64,000 bases of DNA. It comes from Selaginella moellendorffii. Taxonomy: Eukaryota > Plantae > Lycopodiophyta. Below are positions 13,917 through 26,086 of the stretch, piece by piece. The stretch is from assembly GCF_000143415.4 (NCBI RefSeq), contig NW_003314316.1:323090-387089 (forward strand), read 5' to 3'. How positions within the stretch are numbered: the stretch's first letter is position 1; each line of letters begins with the position of its first letter. A program made the position numbers and the translations under genes. Below the pieces are notes generated by a model that was not told the DNA's origin, made no database searches, and worked only from the letters and a program-made list of their open reading frames with translations.

Positions 13917-16854
13917 TTATGAGAGATGCTGTACACGTCCGTAAAGCTCTAGCGTGTCCGAGTGGGTCGGATCAATGGACAAAGCAGCGCGGCAGTCACG
14001 GAGAGCGTCTGATATTTCTCCGCTGCATTCATGAAAAGCGGCACGGAGGTGGAGAAGCTGTAAGTCGGCCTTGAAAGCTATGGCTTTTGAGAGCTCGGCT
14101 ATGGCTTCTCGATCTCGCTGGCTGTCCATAGCAACTGGAGAAAAACGATGGAACAACCAAGTAAGTTTCAAGTAAAAAAGCTGTCTGTAGTTTCTGATGC
14201 GATGACGTACCTGCTGCTCGGTATCTGTATGGATAGGTCCGGAGCGGATCAATTTGCGTCACCATGCTTAAGTCTGCCATGACCAGATCGCGATCACAGT
14301 ACTCAGCTCGCTTTTCATATGCTGACGCGTTATTCATCGACTTTTCGATCAACTTTGTCATCTCATCAAAAGCGGATTTGCGGTCTCCCTGCAAGAAATA
14401 GACACGAGCCAGGCCTTGATGAGCTCGAGTGTGCCGAATCTTCAGTGCGTTGACGTAGCAGTCCAGAGCTTGCTCCAGCTTTCCACAATCGACATAGACG
14501 CTTCCCAAGTTGTTGAGAGCCTGCGGTCGAGAAGTTATGTCAAGCTTTCGACGGACGTGTTTTGTACCTGGCCTTTGCGAAGCCCGTCGGACGGACACTT
14601 GAGAGCTTCTTCCAGCAGTCCAATAACTTTGGTGGACGCTGTCGGATCCAAACTGGTGTCTGCCAGGGCGTATGCTTTGAGAAAGAAAGCTTCGAAGGAT
14701 CTTTGGAGGGATATAGACTCCTCCGCCTTTCTCAGTGCTTCTTGGCGGTGTCCAGTATCGTAAAGAAGCCATCCTTCGTAGACGAGCTTTTCCTGGTTGT
14801 TATCGGCGTGCTCTCGAGCCAGCCTCAAGCTTCTCAACGCGGCCTTTGGACAACTTAGCCTGTGAACAAGCAAGTATTTACATATTCAACCAGTCAGCTC
14901 GTAGAAACGAAGGTGGTGAAAGTTTCGACAGACCTGAGCAGCAGCAGAGATTGCCGGAAGAAAAGCAGGCCTTTCGAAGACTCAGCTTCCGTTTCCAGCA
15001 TCTGGTGAACGACTGCTAGAGACGATATGTCATCGACAGACGACCAGTGATCATATAACTTCATCCAGCAATCTGCCTTGGTCCACTGCACCACATGCTG
15101 CTTGAGAAGATCCAGGAGCTGCGAAGCACAGACGCGTCCAGAGTACATCCTGTACCCAGGATCGAAAGTCAAGAGCGCCCGCAAGTCCCTCACAGCAGCG
15201 TCGTAATCGAGCAGCGCCAGACTGAAGTAAACTCTGAGCTCCAGGCAGTCCTTGGTGATGCAGAATCGCAAGACCCGACTTATCTCCGTGATAGCCTCGT
15301 GAACTTTCTTCTCGTCCATCAAGACCGCAGCTCGGTACTTGTAAGGATACGTCAGAGTTGGATCAAGCTCGGTGGCCGTGTTGAGATCCGAGAGCTTGTC
15401 ATGGCCGAGACAGTACAGGGACCTCTCTTCGAACATCCAGCCGCTGTTCTTGTAGCAAGCGATGATGTTCGCGGCTTCCGAGTAGGCCGCCATCCTGTGA
15501 CCTCGCATATACTTCACTCTCGCGACACCGGCCAGCGAGTATATGTGGCCTTCGTCAGCGGCAGCCTCGAAGAACTCGTGAGCTTCTTTGTACTGCTTCC
15601 TGGCGAGCATCGAGCAGCCGAGCTGGTGCAACGCGAGAGCTCTCTGCTTGGACGACACCGCACAGTCTTTGGCGAAGTGGAGCAGCTTGACCGTCATGTC
15701 GGACGAGAAGTCGTCGTCCATGGCAGCTTGGCCGAGCAGGCAGTAGAGAGAAAACGACGAGTGGCCGACCGCCGACAGTCTCTTGCGCCCATCCTGCGTG
15801 GAAAACAGCTTGGACACCGGGGCACTGTACAGCGACTTCGGCAGCTCTCGCAGGAAGACTTGCAAGCAGGCTCCGACCAGGGACTGGGCGTTCTCGTCGA
15901 GAGCGCAGTCGAGAAAGGTGATGGCGTCCTGGAGGGTGTGGACGCACGTAGCCAGCCGCTGGTCGCAGGCCTCCTTCAACTTATCGCAGAAGAACTTGTT
16001 GGCGAACGTCATAACTTCGATGACGACGGTGGGGGAGGGCCTGCCGATGGTTCCCGTGCGAGCAAACTTGTCCACGGCTCTCATCCCCATGGCCGAGATC
16101 CCGTTCCTGGAGAACTCGATGTTGGTCCTCCTCGACTCGGTGAAGCAGCCGTTGAGCATGGCGTCGAAAGGCAGGCTGAGAGCGGCCATCTTTTGCCGGT
16201 TGCAGTAAATCCGATCACCCTCTACGTGGAAGACTACGTCCGAGAAGTGCCACCTCTCGTGCTGCTGCTGCTGCTGCTGCTCGTCCTCATCGCAGTAATC
16301 TAGAGCTAGGCAGGGGATATGATCGGCCAACCTGGTGGAAGTAGCGGCAGCTCGGTGACTAGCGCTCTCGCCCGGGTTCTCATCGAGCTCCTCACCCCGC
16401 CTCTCGAACTTGAGCCAGGCAGCGATGACGAGCTTGTGGTGATTGGTGGTGGCGTGCTGGCGAGCGAGACGGAGGCTCCGGCGGAGGAGCTTGAGCTCGC
16501 CGAGGCCACGGAAGACGAACGACTGCTCCAGGTAGAGTCGAGACTTTTCTTGGTTGGATGTAGCAACGCCTAGCTCTTTATGGATTTCAGCCAGCGTCGA
16601 GACGTAGTCCACGGGCTTGAAGTTTGGATTGATGGGTGGATCTGCGAGCTTCGGAAGAAACATGCTGGAGGAAGGAAAAGAATCACAATCAAAAGAGCGA
16701 AGAACAAGGTGAGAATTTGTCTATCCATTGAGAGAGCGGAGAGAGCTTACCTTTGAGAGGAGTCCTTTTGATGGACAGGCTTCGATGCCGCTGTTGGTGC
16801 TGGCTTCTCCGACGATGCGACATGGAGGATGTGGATATCCTTGCAAATTCCCAT
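13917..16854 (-). CDS. ETO1: ETHYLENE OVERPRODUCER 1 / ETO1-like BTB-TPR E3 adaptor
   Basis: PINPNFKPVDYVSTLA, BTB (SDVVFHV...CNRQKMAALSLPFDAMLNGCFTES), TPRs (LDPTLTYPYKYRAA; QALNNLGSVYVDCGKL; AFKADLQLLHLRAAF). A likely first exon 16854-16751 (MGICKDIHIL...) splices in frame to 16664. Confidence 0.93.
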
Positions 16855-17647
16855 TGCTGCGAAAGCACAGCCAAAGAAATGCTGCTCTGCTCGCTCACGC
16901 CATCGCCCTCCAAGTTCTATCGCTCACACCATCGCCCTCCAAGCTCTATCCAGATTGAAGAGAAGAAGAGGTTTGAAACTCATCGCAGGACAAAGGGTCC
17001 GGGAAGAACCACAGAAGAAAAAAGAGGAAGAAGAGACCCAAAAACTAACCAGATAGACAAAATGAGAAAGAGGAAGTACCCAGAATGTGGGTTCTTTGTT
17101 GGAACCATTTTAAATGCTGCGAGCAGATACCCAGTCTGGGCATCTGGCTGCTCAACGACACTCTCGCAAAAGCCACAAAGGGCTTTGAATTCTCGCCATA
17201 GCTAGCTTGCTCGATAGAGAGAAAACAAAAAAACACACGTCAAGCCCGTCATACCCGTCAGACCATTTCGTACACAGTGTGTACGGCCAGATTAATTTTC
17301 CAGCTGGCCAATGTGATTTGATCTCCCATCTATCTTGCTTTGTTTGTTCTTGCGGTATTGTCAGCGAATTTAGACAAGGTAGTGATCTTTGAATGCTTCA
17401 TTCAATGGTCGTGAAGTTCGTTGCTGGAAGTATTTTACGTGTTTAAAGTGGAATGCGACGGAGACATTCTCGTGTGTGTGCTGTACAGAGAGCTTTCGAA
17501 AGAGTTTGAATCTGGCCGCTGGATTAGAATCGCATCCAACGGCGGAGGTTCGTTAGGGCATTGGAACACGTGGCTAGGGATTATCTTTGAATCGACGGCG
17601 GAGATTCAAGCAATCTAGGCGCCCTTGTTTGTGTGGTGGTGTTGGCT

Positions 17648-18876
17648 ATGGCGGCCATTGGACGAGCGTGTGGATTTCCGCCGGTAGGGCTTGCGGCGCC
17701 GATCTCTCGCAGGAAGTCCGCGCACTGGATTGTTACTCGCGGCGGCAATGGCCCGGCGATCAGGCGTGTCATTGTGAGAGCGGCTGGGGTTGATTTGGAT
17801 GCGGCAGCTCCGGCGTCAAGCTCTGGAACCAAGAGCAAGGAAATTGTTCCTGATAACAGCTGGTCGATCACAAAGGTGTTGGCTTTGATCTTTCTTGCCG
17901 ATTGGGAAACATTGTGTTGATTTTAGACATCTTTTGGAACAATTGGACTCTTTCTCGGCTCAGGGCTTCTCTCGTAAGCTTCAAGTTACAAAGAAAGTAT
18001 CGGTTGATATGAAATTCTCTTTTCTTTTTTTGTTCTTTCGCATATGAAGCTATGGTTTTGGCGCATACTTTACCATTCTACCAGGATCAGAATGGTCCTC
18101 TTTGATGCTAACGTATGGATTTCCACTCGCGATCATTGGAATGGCGCTCAAGGTATATTGTCATGCATGAAGCTGGAGCTTTAATCTTTGTTTGGAAATT
18201 TTCAGTATGCTGAGCTCAAGCCCGTGCCTTGCACAACTTACGCGGATGCTCTGGCATTGAGAGAATCACAAGCGACTCCAATTCTCAAGCAGGTAAAAAA
18301 GAAAGTTTTCTTCGTTTCCTTTTTTAGATGGTTTCGTTCGTGATGTTTGAACAGGTTAGAGAAGACGTGATCCGGTATAGATACGGAGATGAGCAGCACC
18401 TGGAAGAGGCGCTCAAGAGAATTTTTCGCTACGGCCAGGTATAAAAACTAGCCAATTCCTCTCAGTCAGGTACAGCAGCATTCTCAACACTTGCGATTAT
18501 AAACTAAAAATCGAGAGGCTCAATTCGCAGGGAGGAGGGATCCAAGCTCGCAATGGCCCAGTTCTCCAATCCATTCGCGAGGAAGTGAGTGATCAAGGCA
18601 AGTACACGCTCGTCCTCGTCTTCAAAGCCAAGGCTCTCCAGCTCGAAGATTTTCTCACTCGTCAAGTAAGCGAACTTTTCTTGGTTGCCACAAATCACAT
18701 TTGTTTTGTTTCTTTCAGGCCAAATTCACATCTTTCTTCGGCCCCGGGGTGACAGCAAACATTGGTAGGAGTTTTCTCGTGTTTTTGAAAGTTTTTAATC
18801 CTTCTTTACTATCGCAGAATCGACCGGCGATAGCGTCTTCGAAGTGAAATTGATTGCTGATGGTGGAACTGTATAA
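17648..18876 (+). CDS. APE1: Thylakoid membrane protein APE1 / slr0575 homolog (DUF2854), multi-exon, with transit peptide
   Basis: Spliced exons give SFGTIGL...YGFGAYFTILPGSEWSSLMLTYGFPLAIIGMALK-YAELKPVPC...ATPILKQ-VREDVIRYRYGDEQHLEEALKRIF...AKFTSFFGPGV. Confidence 0.88.
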
Positions 18877-18982
18877 AGTAATGTAAGTAATACTTTGTGT
18901 AAAGATTGTATTTTTCTTTATAAATTTCACCGATTGTGGAAATTGTACAGAATTAAATTCATATGGAGCTTGCATGGACCGA

Positions 18983-20238
18983 AATGTCAGCGCCTAGAGT
19001 TGCGATTCGGTCAACAGGGGAAAGAAGTCTTCCAACCAAGTGAAGTTTACCTACAAAGAAAAGGAGAATGGAGAGCAAAGAAAAGGAGAGACCCTCACAA
19101 AGTTTCTCCTTCTTTGTTGTTTGATAGTCGCTTCTTGGAATGTGATAATCTACAGAGAGGATGTCGTTCGTGTTCTTCCATCGACAAGTTTCAAGGATCC
19201 ACCACTTCCAGAAGATCATCCCTCCAGCAGATCCCTTGGTAATCCTTCTCCTCCATGTTTGGTTTGCTACCTTCCTGTGGATCAAGCACTGAAAACGTTG
19301 CCCCCACAGGGGATCTTCCCAAAGCTTATCCTCTCGACTCTCACTTATCTCCACCGGGAGTTTGGAGACTCCACACCATTTGGTGGGCGTTGCAGCCTCG
19401 AAGAAGGGCGAGAATCATTTAAGATCAGAGAGTCGATGGAAGTTCCGTATGGATTCGCCAGGCCCAGGAGAAAGGGCTCCGGATTCGAGATCCAGGAGGA
19501 GGCCGACATGGATTACCTCCAAGGATGCAAGGGAATCGTCGTACCCTCTGCGATTTTCGGCGACTATGGCGTGTTGAAGCCGCCCGCCAACTTGAGCAGC
19601 ACCAGCGTCAAGATCGTTTGCTTCGCAATGTTTGTGGACGACGAGACCCTGCAAACTCTCCAGAGAGAAAGAGTTGAAACCGGGGCCTGCAGGATCATCC
19701 GCGTACGAAACACCGCATACGGGCGAGACAACCGATCCAAGGGAAAGATTCCAAAGATGCTGCTGCGCTCGTCCGCGCGCTTCTCCATCTGGATCGATGC
19801 CAAGCTCCAGATAGTAGTGGATCCCATCCAGATTCTCCAGAGATTCCTGTGGAGGAGCGGCGATACCATGGCCATCGATAACCATTACGCGCTCGGATGC
19901 GTTTGACGAGGCGAAGGCGATCATTCGATACAAGAGGTACGACAACAAAACCAAGCTTGATGCGCAGATGGAGTTCTACCGTACTCGTCCCGTACGACCG
20001 CGCCACCAGGATGCCGCTGGTGACTGACGTTCCTGAAAGCTGTGTGATGTACACGCCGATCGCGAATCTGTTTTCGTGCCTCTGGTTCAACGAGCTCGAC
20101 AGGTTTACACCGCGTGATCAGGTGAGCTTTGCGGTGGTGCGTGACAAGATCATCGCGCAAGTTCCATGGCGGATCAATGTCTTTCAGGATGTGAGAGGCA
20201 AACTTTGTGTAATCCCATTTGTTTTTGACACAGAATAA
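18983..20238 (+). pseudogene. DUF616 (MUCI70/TOD1-like putative glycosyltransferase) intronless pseudogene
   Basis: PPCLVCYLPVDQA, IVVPSAIFGDY, VCFAMFVDDET, GKIPKML, SIWIDAKL, DVPESC, NLFSCLWFNELDRFTPRDQVSF. Frameshifts near 19040, 19890 and 19985, small deletions, and no introns seen. Confidence 0.8.
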
Positions 20239-20404
20239 ATATGTTTCTCACATATAAGAAATCTAACTCAAGACTTCAAAGGAATTTTCCAAATCATTCA
20301 TTCATTCACATACTGTTTACACAATCTTGCTAGTGTAAAGCATGAGACGTGGTTTATTACAAAAATAACATTAAATGTTTTAGGTTTTTAGGGTTTACAG
20401 GCAA

Positions 20405-22161
20405 ATGGCGAGCGAGCAAATCCAGCGCTCCCAGCAATCGCAGCAGCCACTCCAGCAGCCGCTGGCGGTCGTGAGCAGCAGCGGTGGGAGCGCGCCTGGC
20501 TCTTCTTCCGAGAAGATCAATTTCAAGGCACTGCACGTCCGGGAGTTCTCGGGCCACAAGAAGAAGGTTTGTGGAGATTTCTTCTAGGAGAAATTTCAAA
20601 GCTTTGTTCCTGCCAGGTACATTCTGTGGCCTGGAATTGCACGGGAAAGAAGCTCGCGTCTGGCTCCATCGATCAGACTGCTCGCATTTGGCATGTAGAA
20701 CCTCACGGGCATGTAAGTTCTTTTTCTTTGGCGCTCGAAATCCTCTTTTATGTTTTCGTTTCTTTGTATCTGACAGAGTAAGAACACAAATTTCTTCGTG
20801 CTCACGGATTTTTCTTTTCCGTTCTTTTCTTTCTCTTTTCTTTTCAGAGTAAGAACAAGGATATCGAACTTAAAGGACACAGTGATAGCGTCGATCAGCT
20901 GTGCTGGGACCCCAGACACGCCGACCTTCTTGCGACAGCGTCCGGGGATAAGACTGTTCGTCTCTGGGATGCTCGCAGTAAGTATAGCGATTGATCTTCT
21001 ATTTTCTCGTCAGCCCACTCACTCAATCATTTTCAGCTGGGAAGTGTTCACAGCAAGTTGAGTTGAGTGGTGAGAACATCAATATCACTTTCAAACCAGA
21101 TGGAACACACATTGCTGTCGGTAACAGGGTAAGCCAGTGACAATGGAATCCTTTTTTTTTTGGCTCTCTTCCAACCAAGATCTACCTGCAGGACGACGAG
21201 CTTACCATTATTGATGTTCGTAAGTTCAAGCCTCTCCAAAAACGGAAATTTGCCTATGAAGTAAGAAGCATAAATATTGTTTTGAGGCTCTAAGTACTTG
21301 TTTCCACTTCAGGTGAACGAAATAGCTTGGAATAGCACTGGTGAGCTCTTCTTCCTGACAACTGGGAATGGTGAGGTATTTTTCACCTTTGCTCGGGAGC
21401 TGCTCAATATTGAGTGTTTCAGGAGGGTTTGGTACTGCAGGGACTGTCGAGGTTCTATCGTATCCATCGCTGCAAACACTCCAGACGCTCATTGGTCATA
21501 CAGCCGGCTGCTACTGCATCGCTATAGATCCTACTGGCAGGCAGGTTTGCTGCTCGAAATTCCTGTGAAAAGTTCCTAAGCTTCTTTTTCCTTATTTCCC
21601 TCTACATTCTCAGATACTTTGCGGTTGGAAGCGCGGACGCTTTGGTGAGCCTGTGGGATGCGTCCGAAATGCTGTGTGTTAGGACCTTCACAAAACTCGA
21701 GTAAGTAGCCCAACTTATACTTCTCTTTCGTAAACTTCACATAAGCGAACGCTTTTTTTCTCCAGATGGCCTGTGAGGACGATAAGCATAAGTCACGACG
21801 GCCAGTACCTTGCTTCCGCGAGCGAAGATCTCTTCATTGGAATTGTAAGCTACTTTTCTCTGCTCCCACTTTTCTCTCGCTTCGAGATGGATCAACCTTA
21901 CGGAAAGCTGTGACTTCCTACCACAGGCGGAGGTGGAAACTGGAAGATCGGTACACCAGATTCCGTGCCGCGCAGCCATGAACAGCGTCGAGTGGAATCC
22001 AAAGTACAATCTCCTGGCATTTGCAGCGGACAAGCAAGTCGACAAGTACCAAACCGACGAAGGTATGCACTGCTCATCGGTCGCTCCTTACGAAAAAAAT
22101 CGTTTTTTTTTCTTCCTTCGTTACAGGTGTTTTTCGAATCTATGGCTTTGAAAGTCCCTGA
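20405..22161 (+). CDS. TEX1: THO complex subunit 3 (TEX1/THOC3), WD40, multi-exon
   Basis: REFSGHKKK-VHSVAWNCTGKKLASGSIDQTARIW, LKGHSDSVDQLCW, GHTAGCYCIAIDPTG, AAMNSVEWNPKYNLLAFA, GVFRIYGFESP*. Confidence 0.93.
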
Positions 22162-22626
22162 CCATTTCGCGAGGATATTCCCTTTGTTGTGAGGAATATT
22201 CTGGTAACTTTGAAGATGTTTCGCGCACATTCTGGTAGCGAATATTCGCGGCTGTGCCCGGACAATATTCCCCCTCTCTCTTCTCTCTTTCCTGGGTCAT
22301 GACCCGTCGATGAGTGGAGTACCGCCATAGCTAGGGTTGCGCGAGGCGCGTGGGGTTTGGGCACGGGAATTTTTCCTCTCAAGCGGCGTCGAGTGATTCT
22401 CTCTTTGGCGCTTTGCTCCCTCTCGCCGGGCGCGCGCATCTGATGATCCAAACGTTCCTCCTCTTGGTCGCGGTCGTCATCTTCTTCAGGCTGCTTACCA
22501 GCGGGTGCGCGCTCACAAAAACCCCTTTGCCATTCTCTGGATCGATATTTTAGGGTTCTTACCTAGGGATGCTAAGGATTCTTTGGGTGTGTTGATAGGC
22601 TCAACGCGGCAATTGCGTCACACCGT

Positions 22627-25600
22627 ATGCTACCCAAAAAGAGAACCGCTGCGACAGGGGAGGAAGGCTCGAGCAAGCAGTCCAAGCGCGTCCGGCCGGG
22701 TGATTCCAGCGCCCTAGCGGCACAGCAGTGCGACCTTGTCATGGGAGGCGATGGCGGCGCGGTGGCGGTTCCATCGGATGTGGAGATTGACGAGGATTTG
22801 CACAGCCGGCAGCTCGCCGTCTATGGCCGCGAAACGATGCGCCGCTTGTTCGGGGCAAACGTTCTCGTCTCGGGGTTGCAAGGGCTTGGCGTCGAGATCG
22901 GTAAGCGATTGATAGAAAAATCACGAAATTTCCATTTGATGATTCGTTGTGGCAGCCAAGAACGTGATCTTGGCGGGGGTGAAATCCGTGACGATTCACG
23001 ACTCCGGGACGGTGGAGCTTTGGGATCTTTCCTCCCAGTTCTACTTCTCTGAGGCGGACGTGGGGAAGAACAGGGCCTTTGCTTGCGTTGACAAGCTCAA
23101 GGAACTAAACAACGCGGTCAATATCTCGGTGCTCACCACCGAGCTCACGGAGGAGATCTTGTCGAACTACCAGGTACTATTCTCTTCGAAATAATTTCTG
23201 GAATAGTATGCCAACTTATATCTCTACCTAGGTGGTCGTGTTCACCGATTCAAGCCTGGAGGAGGCTATCCGATTTAACAACTTCTGCCACAACCACAAC
23301 CCACCGATTGCTTTCATCAAGGCAGACATCAGGGGCATCTTTGGGAGCGTCTTTTGTGACTTTGGGCCGGACTTCACTGTGGTGGATGTGGATGGAGAGG
23401 AACCACACACAGGGATCATCGCGTCGATTAGTAATGACAACCCGGCTGTTGTCTGCTGCGTCGACGACGAGAGGCTGGAGTTTCAGGACGGCGACTTGGT
23501 TCTCTTCAACGAAGTGAAGGGAATGGTGGAGCTAAACGATGGGCGGCCCAGGAAAATAAAGAATGCCCGACCGTATTCTTTCACTCTGGAGGAGGACACG
23601 ACTGGTTACTGTGCTTATGAAGCCGGGGGGATCGTCACGCAGGTGAAACAGCCAAAGGTTTTGAACTTTAAGACTTTGGAGGAAGCAATTCAAAACCCGG
23701 GGGATTTTCTTCTGAGCGACTTCTCCAAGTTCGATAGGCCTCCGCTCTTGCACCTGGCCTTCCGTGCCTTGGATGCGTTCTGTGCTCAAGAAGGACGTTT
23801 TCCCGCTCCAGGATCCGGGGAGGATGCACAGGCGCTCATCGCCATTGCGAAGCGCTTGAACGACAGTGCGGGAGATCAGAAGCTCGACAACATTGACGAG
23901 TCTATTCTTACGAAGTTCGCAAGTGGATCAAAAGCCGTTTTGAATCCCATGGCTGCGATGTTTGGAGGCATCGTTGGGCAGGAAGTGTTGAAAGCTTGCT
24001 CCGGCAAGTTCCATCCTTTGTTTCAGGTGCGCGCTGTCTTTTTCTTGTCCGTGGCGTAGATATTGAGTGCTTTGTTTTGCAGTTCTTTTACTTCGATTCG
24101 CTCGAATCCGTTCCATCTGAGCCTCTCTCGGCCGAGGACGCTGCTCCTACAGGTGGCCGCTACGATGCTCAGATAGCCGTGTTTGGGAGGCAGGTGCAGC
24201 AGAAGCTGGAAAATGCGAAAGTTTTCGTTGTGGGAGCTGGTGCTCTTGGCTGCGAGTTTCTCAAGAATCTGGCTCTCATGGGTGTAGCCTGCGGGAGTGG
24301 AAAGCTTACAGTTACCGACGACGACGTGATTGAAAAGAGCAACCTCAGCCGGCAGTTTCTTTTCCGTGACTGGAACATCGGGCAAGCAAAGTCCACGGTT
24401 GCGTCCACGGCTGCTCTGAGCATCAACTCGTCGCTTAACGCTGAAGCTCTCCAAAACCGTATCAGCCAGGATACAGAGAACATATTTGACGACGTCTTTT
24501 GGGGTGGCTTGGACGTCGTGATAAATGCTCTGGACAACGTCAAGGCGAGACTTTACGTGGACTCGAGGGCTGTCTACTTCCAGAAGCCTCTCCTCGAGTC
24601 TGGAACCTTGGGGCCCAAGTGCAACACGCAGATGGTTATACCGCATCTAACTGAGAACTACGGGGCGTCCAGAGACCCTCCCGAGAAGCAAGCTCCAATG
24701 TGTACGCTCCACTCGTTCCCCCACAACATCGACCACTGCTTGACGTGGGCAAGGTCCGAGTTTGAGGGGCTGCTCGAGAAGACACCTTCCGAAGCCAACG
24801 CGTTTCTCTCGAATCCGCAGGAGTACAAGTCGTCAGCAAGGTCCGCTGGGGATGCTCTGTCCCGAGAGATGCTCGAGCGCATTGTTGAGTGCCTTGTCAC
24901 GGAGAGATGCCACACGTTTGAGGATTGCATCGTCTGGGCGAGGAAAAGGTATTTGGAAATTTGTGTTTCGTTTATCACCACCACCTTACTGTTTTGCGTA
25001 GGTTCGAGGACTACTTCGTGAACAGAGTCAAGCAGCTCACGTACACGTTTCCAGAGGACTCAACCACAAGCTCCGGAGCTCGGTTCTGGTCTGCACCGAA
25101 ACGCTTTCCGCGAGCTCTTCAGTTTTCGTCGACCGATCCTTCTCATCTTTCTTTCGTAGCATCGGCGGCCATCCTCCGGGCTGAAACGTATGGCATCCCC
25201 AGGCCCGTGTGGGTGCTCAACCCGAAGCAACTTGGTGAAGTCGTCGACAAGATCAATCTCCCAGAGTTCAAGCCCAAGCAGGGTGTGAAGATTGTCACCG
25301 ATGAGAAGGCCACCAACTTGACCGCTTCCAGCTTGGACGACGCTGCCGTCATCGATCAGCTGATTAGCACGCTGGACGACGGTACTAAGTCGCTGCCAAC
25401 GGGATTTCGCCTCGTTCCTATCCAATTTGAGAAGGTTCGAATTTTTCTCTTTTGTTGATGAACTCTACTGACGATGGTACACGTTGTAACAGGACGATGA
25501 CACAAACTATCACATGGAGCTGATAGCGGCGCTCGCAAACATGCGAGCGAGAAACTACGAGATCCCCGAGGTGGACAAGCTCAAGGCCAAGTTCATAGCC

Positions 25601-26086
25601 GGGAAGATCATTCCAGCCATCGCGACGACGACGGCACTGGCGACTGGCCTGGTTTGCCTGGAGCTGTACAAGGTGTTCCAGGACAAGGGGGTGGAAGACT
25701 ACAGGAACACGTTCGCCAACTTGGCCCTGCCGCTCTTCTCCATGGCCGAGCCGGTTCCTCCCAAGTCGTTCAAGCACGGCGAGCTGGCCTGGTCGATCTG
25801 GGACCGATGGGTGATCCAAGGGGACCTCACGCTGACGGAGCTCCTGGAGTGGTTCCAGGCCAAGGGATTGACAGCCTACAGCATCTCGTGTGGCCAGAGC
25901 CTGCTCTACAACAGCTTGTTTCCGCGGCACAAGGAGCGGCTGGGCAGGAAAGTGTCGGAGCTCGCAAAGGAGGTGGCGAAGCTGGACATTCCTCCAAACA
26001 GGAAGCACTTTGACGTGATTGTGGCGTGCGAGGACGACGAAGGCGAGGACTGGGACGTGCCACTGGTTTCAATCTGCTTTAGATAG
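22627..26086 (+). CDS. UBA1: Ubiquitin-activating enzyme E1 (possible upstream exon from 22443)
   Basis: [29 protein letters not shown], catalytic [26 protein letters not shown] ending [10 protein letters not shown]; GT-AG introns. Confidence 0.97.

Noticed and set aside
15095-16303. 402-aa antisense ORF opposite ETO1 (and similar antisense ORFs over UBA1, gag and pol)
   Set aside because: Expected shadow of GC3-rich codon usage; no motifs.
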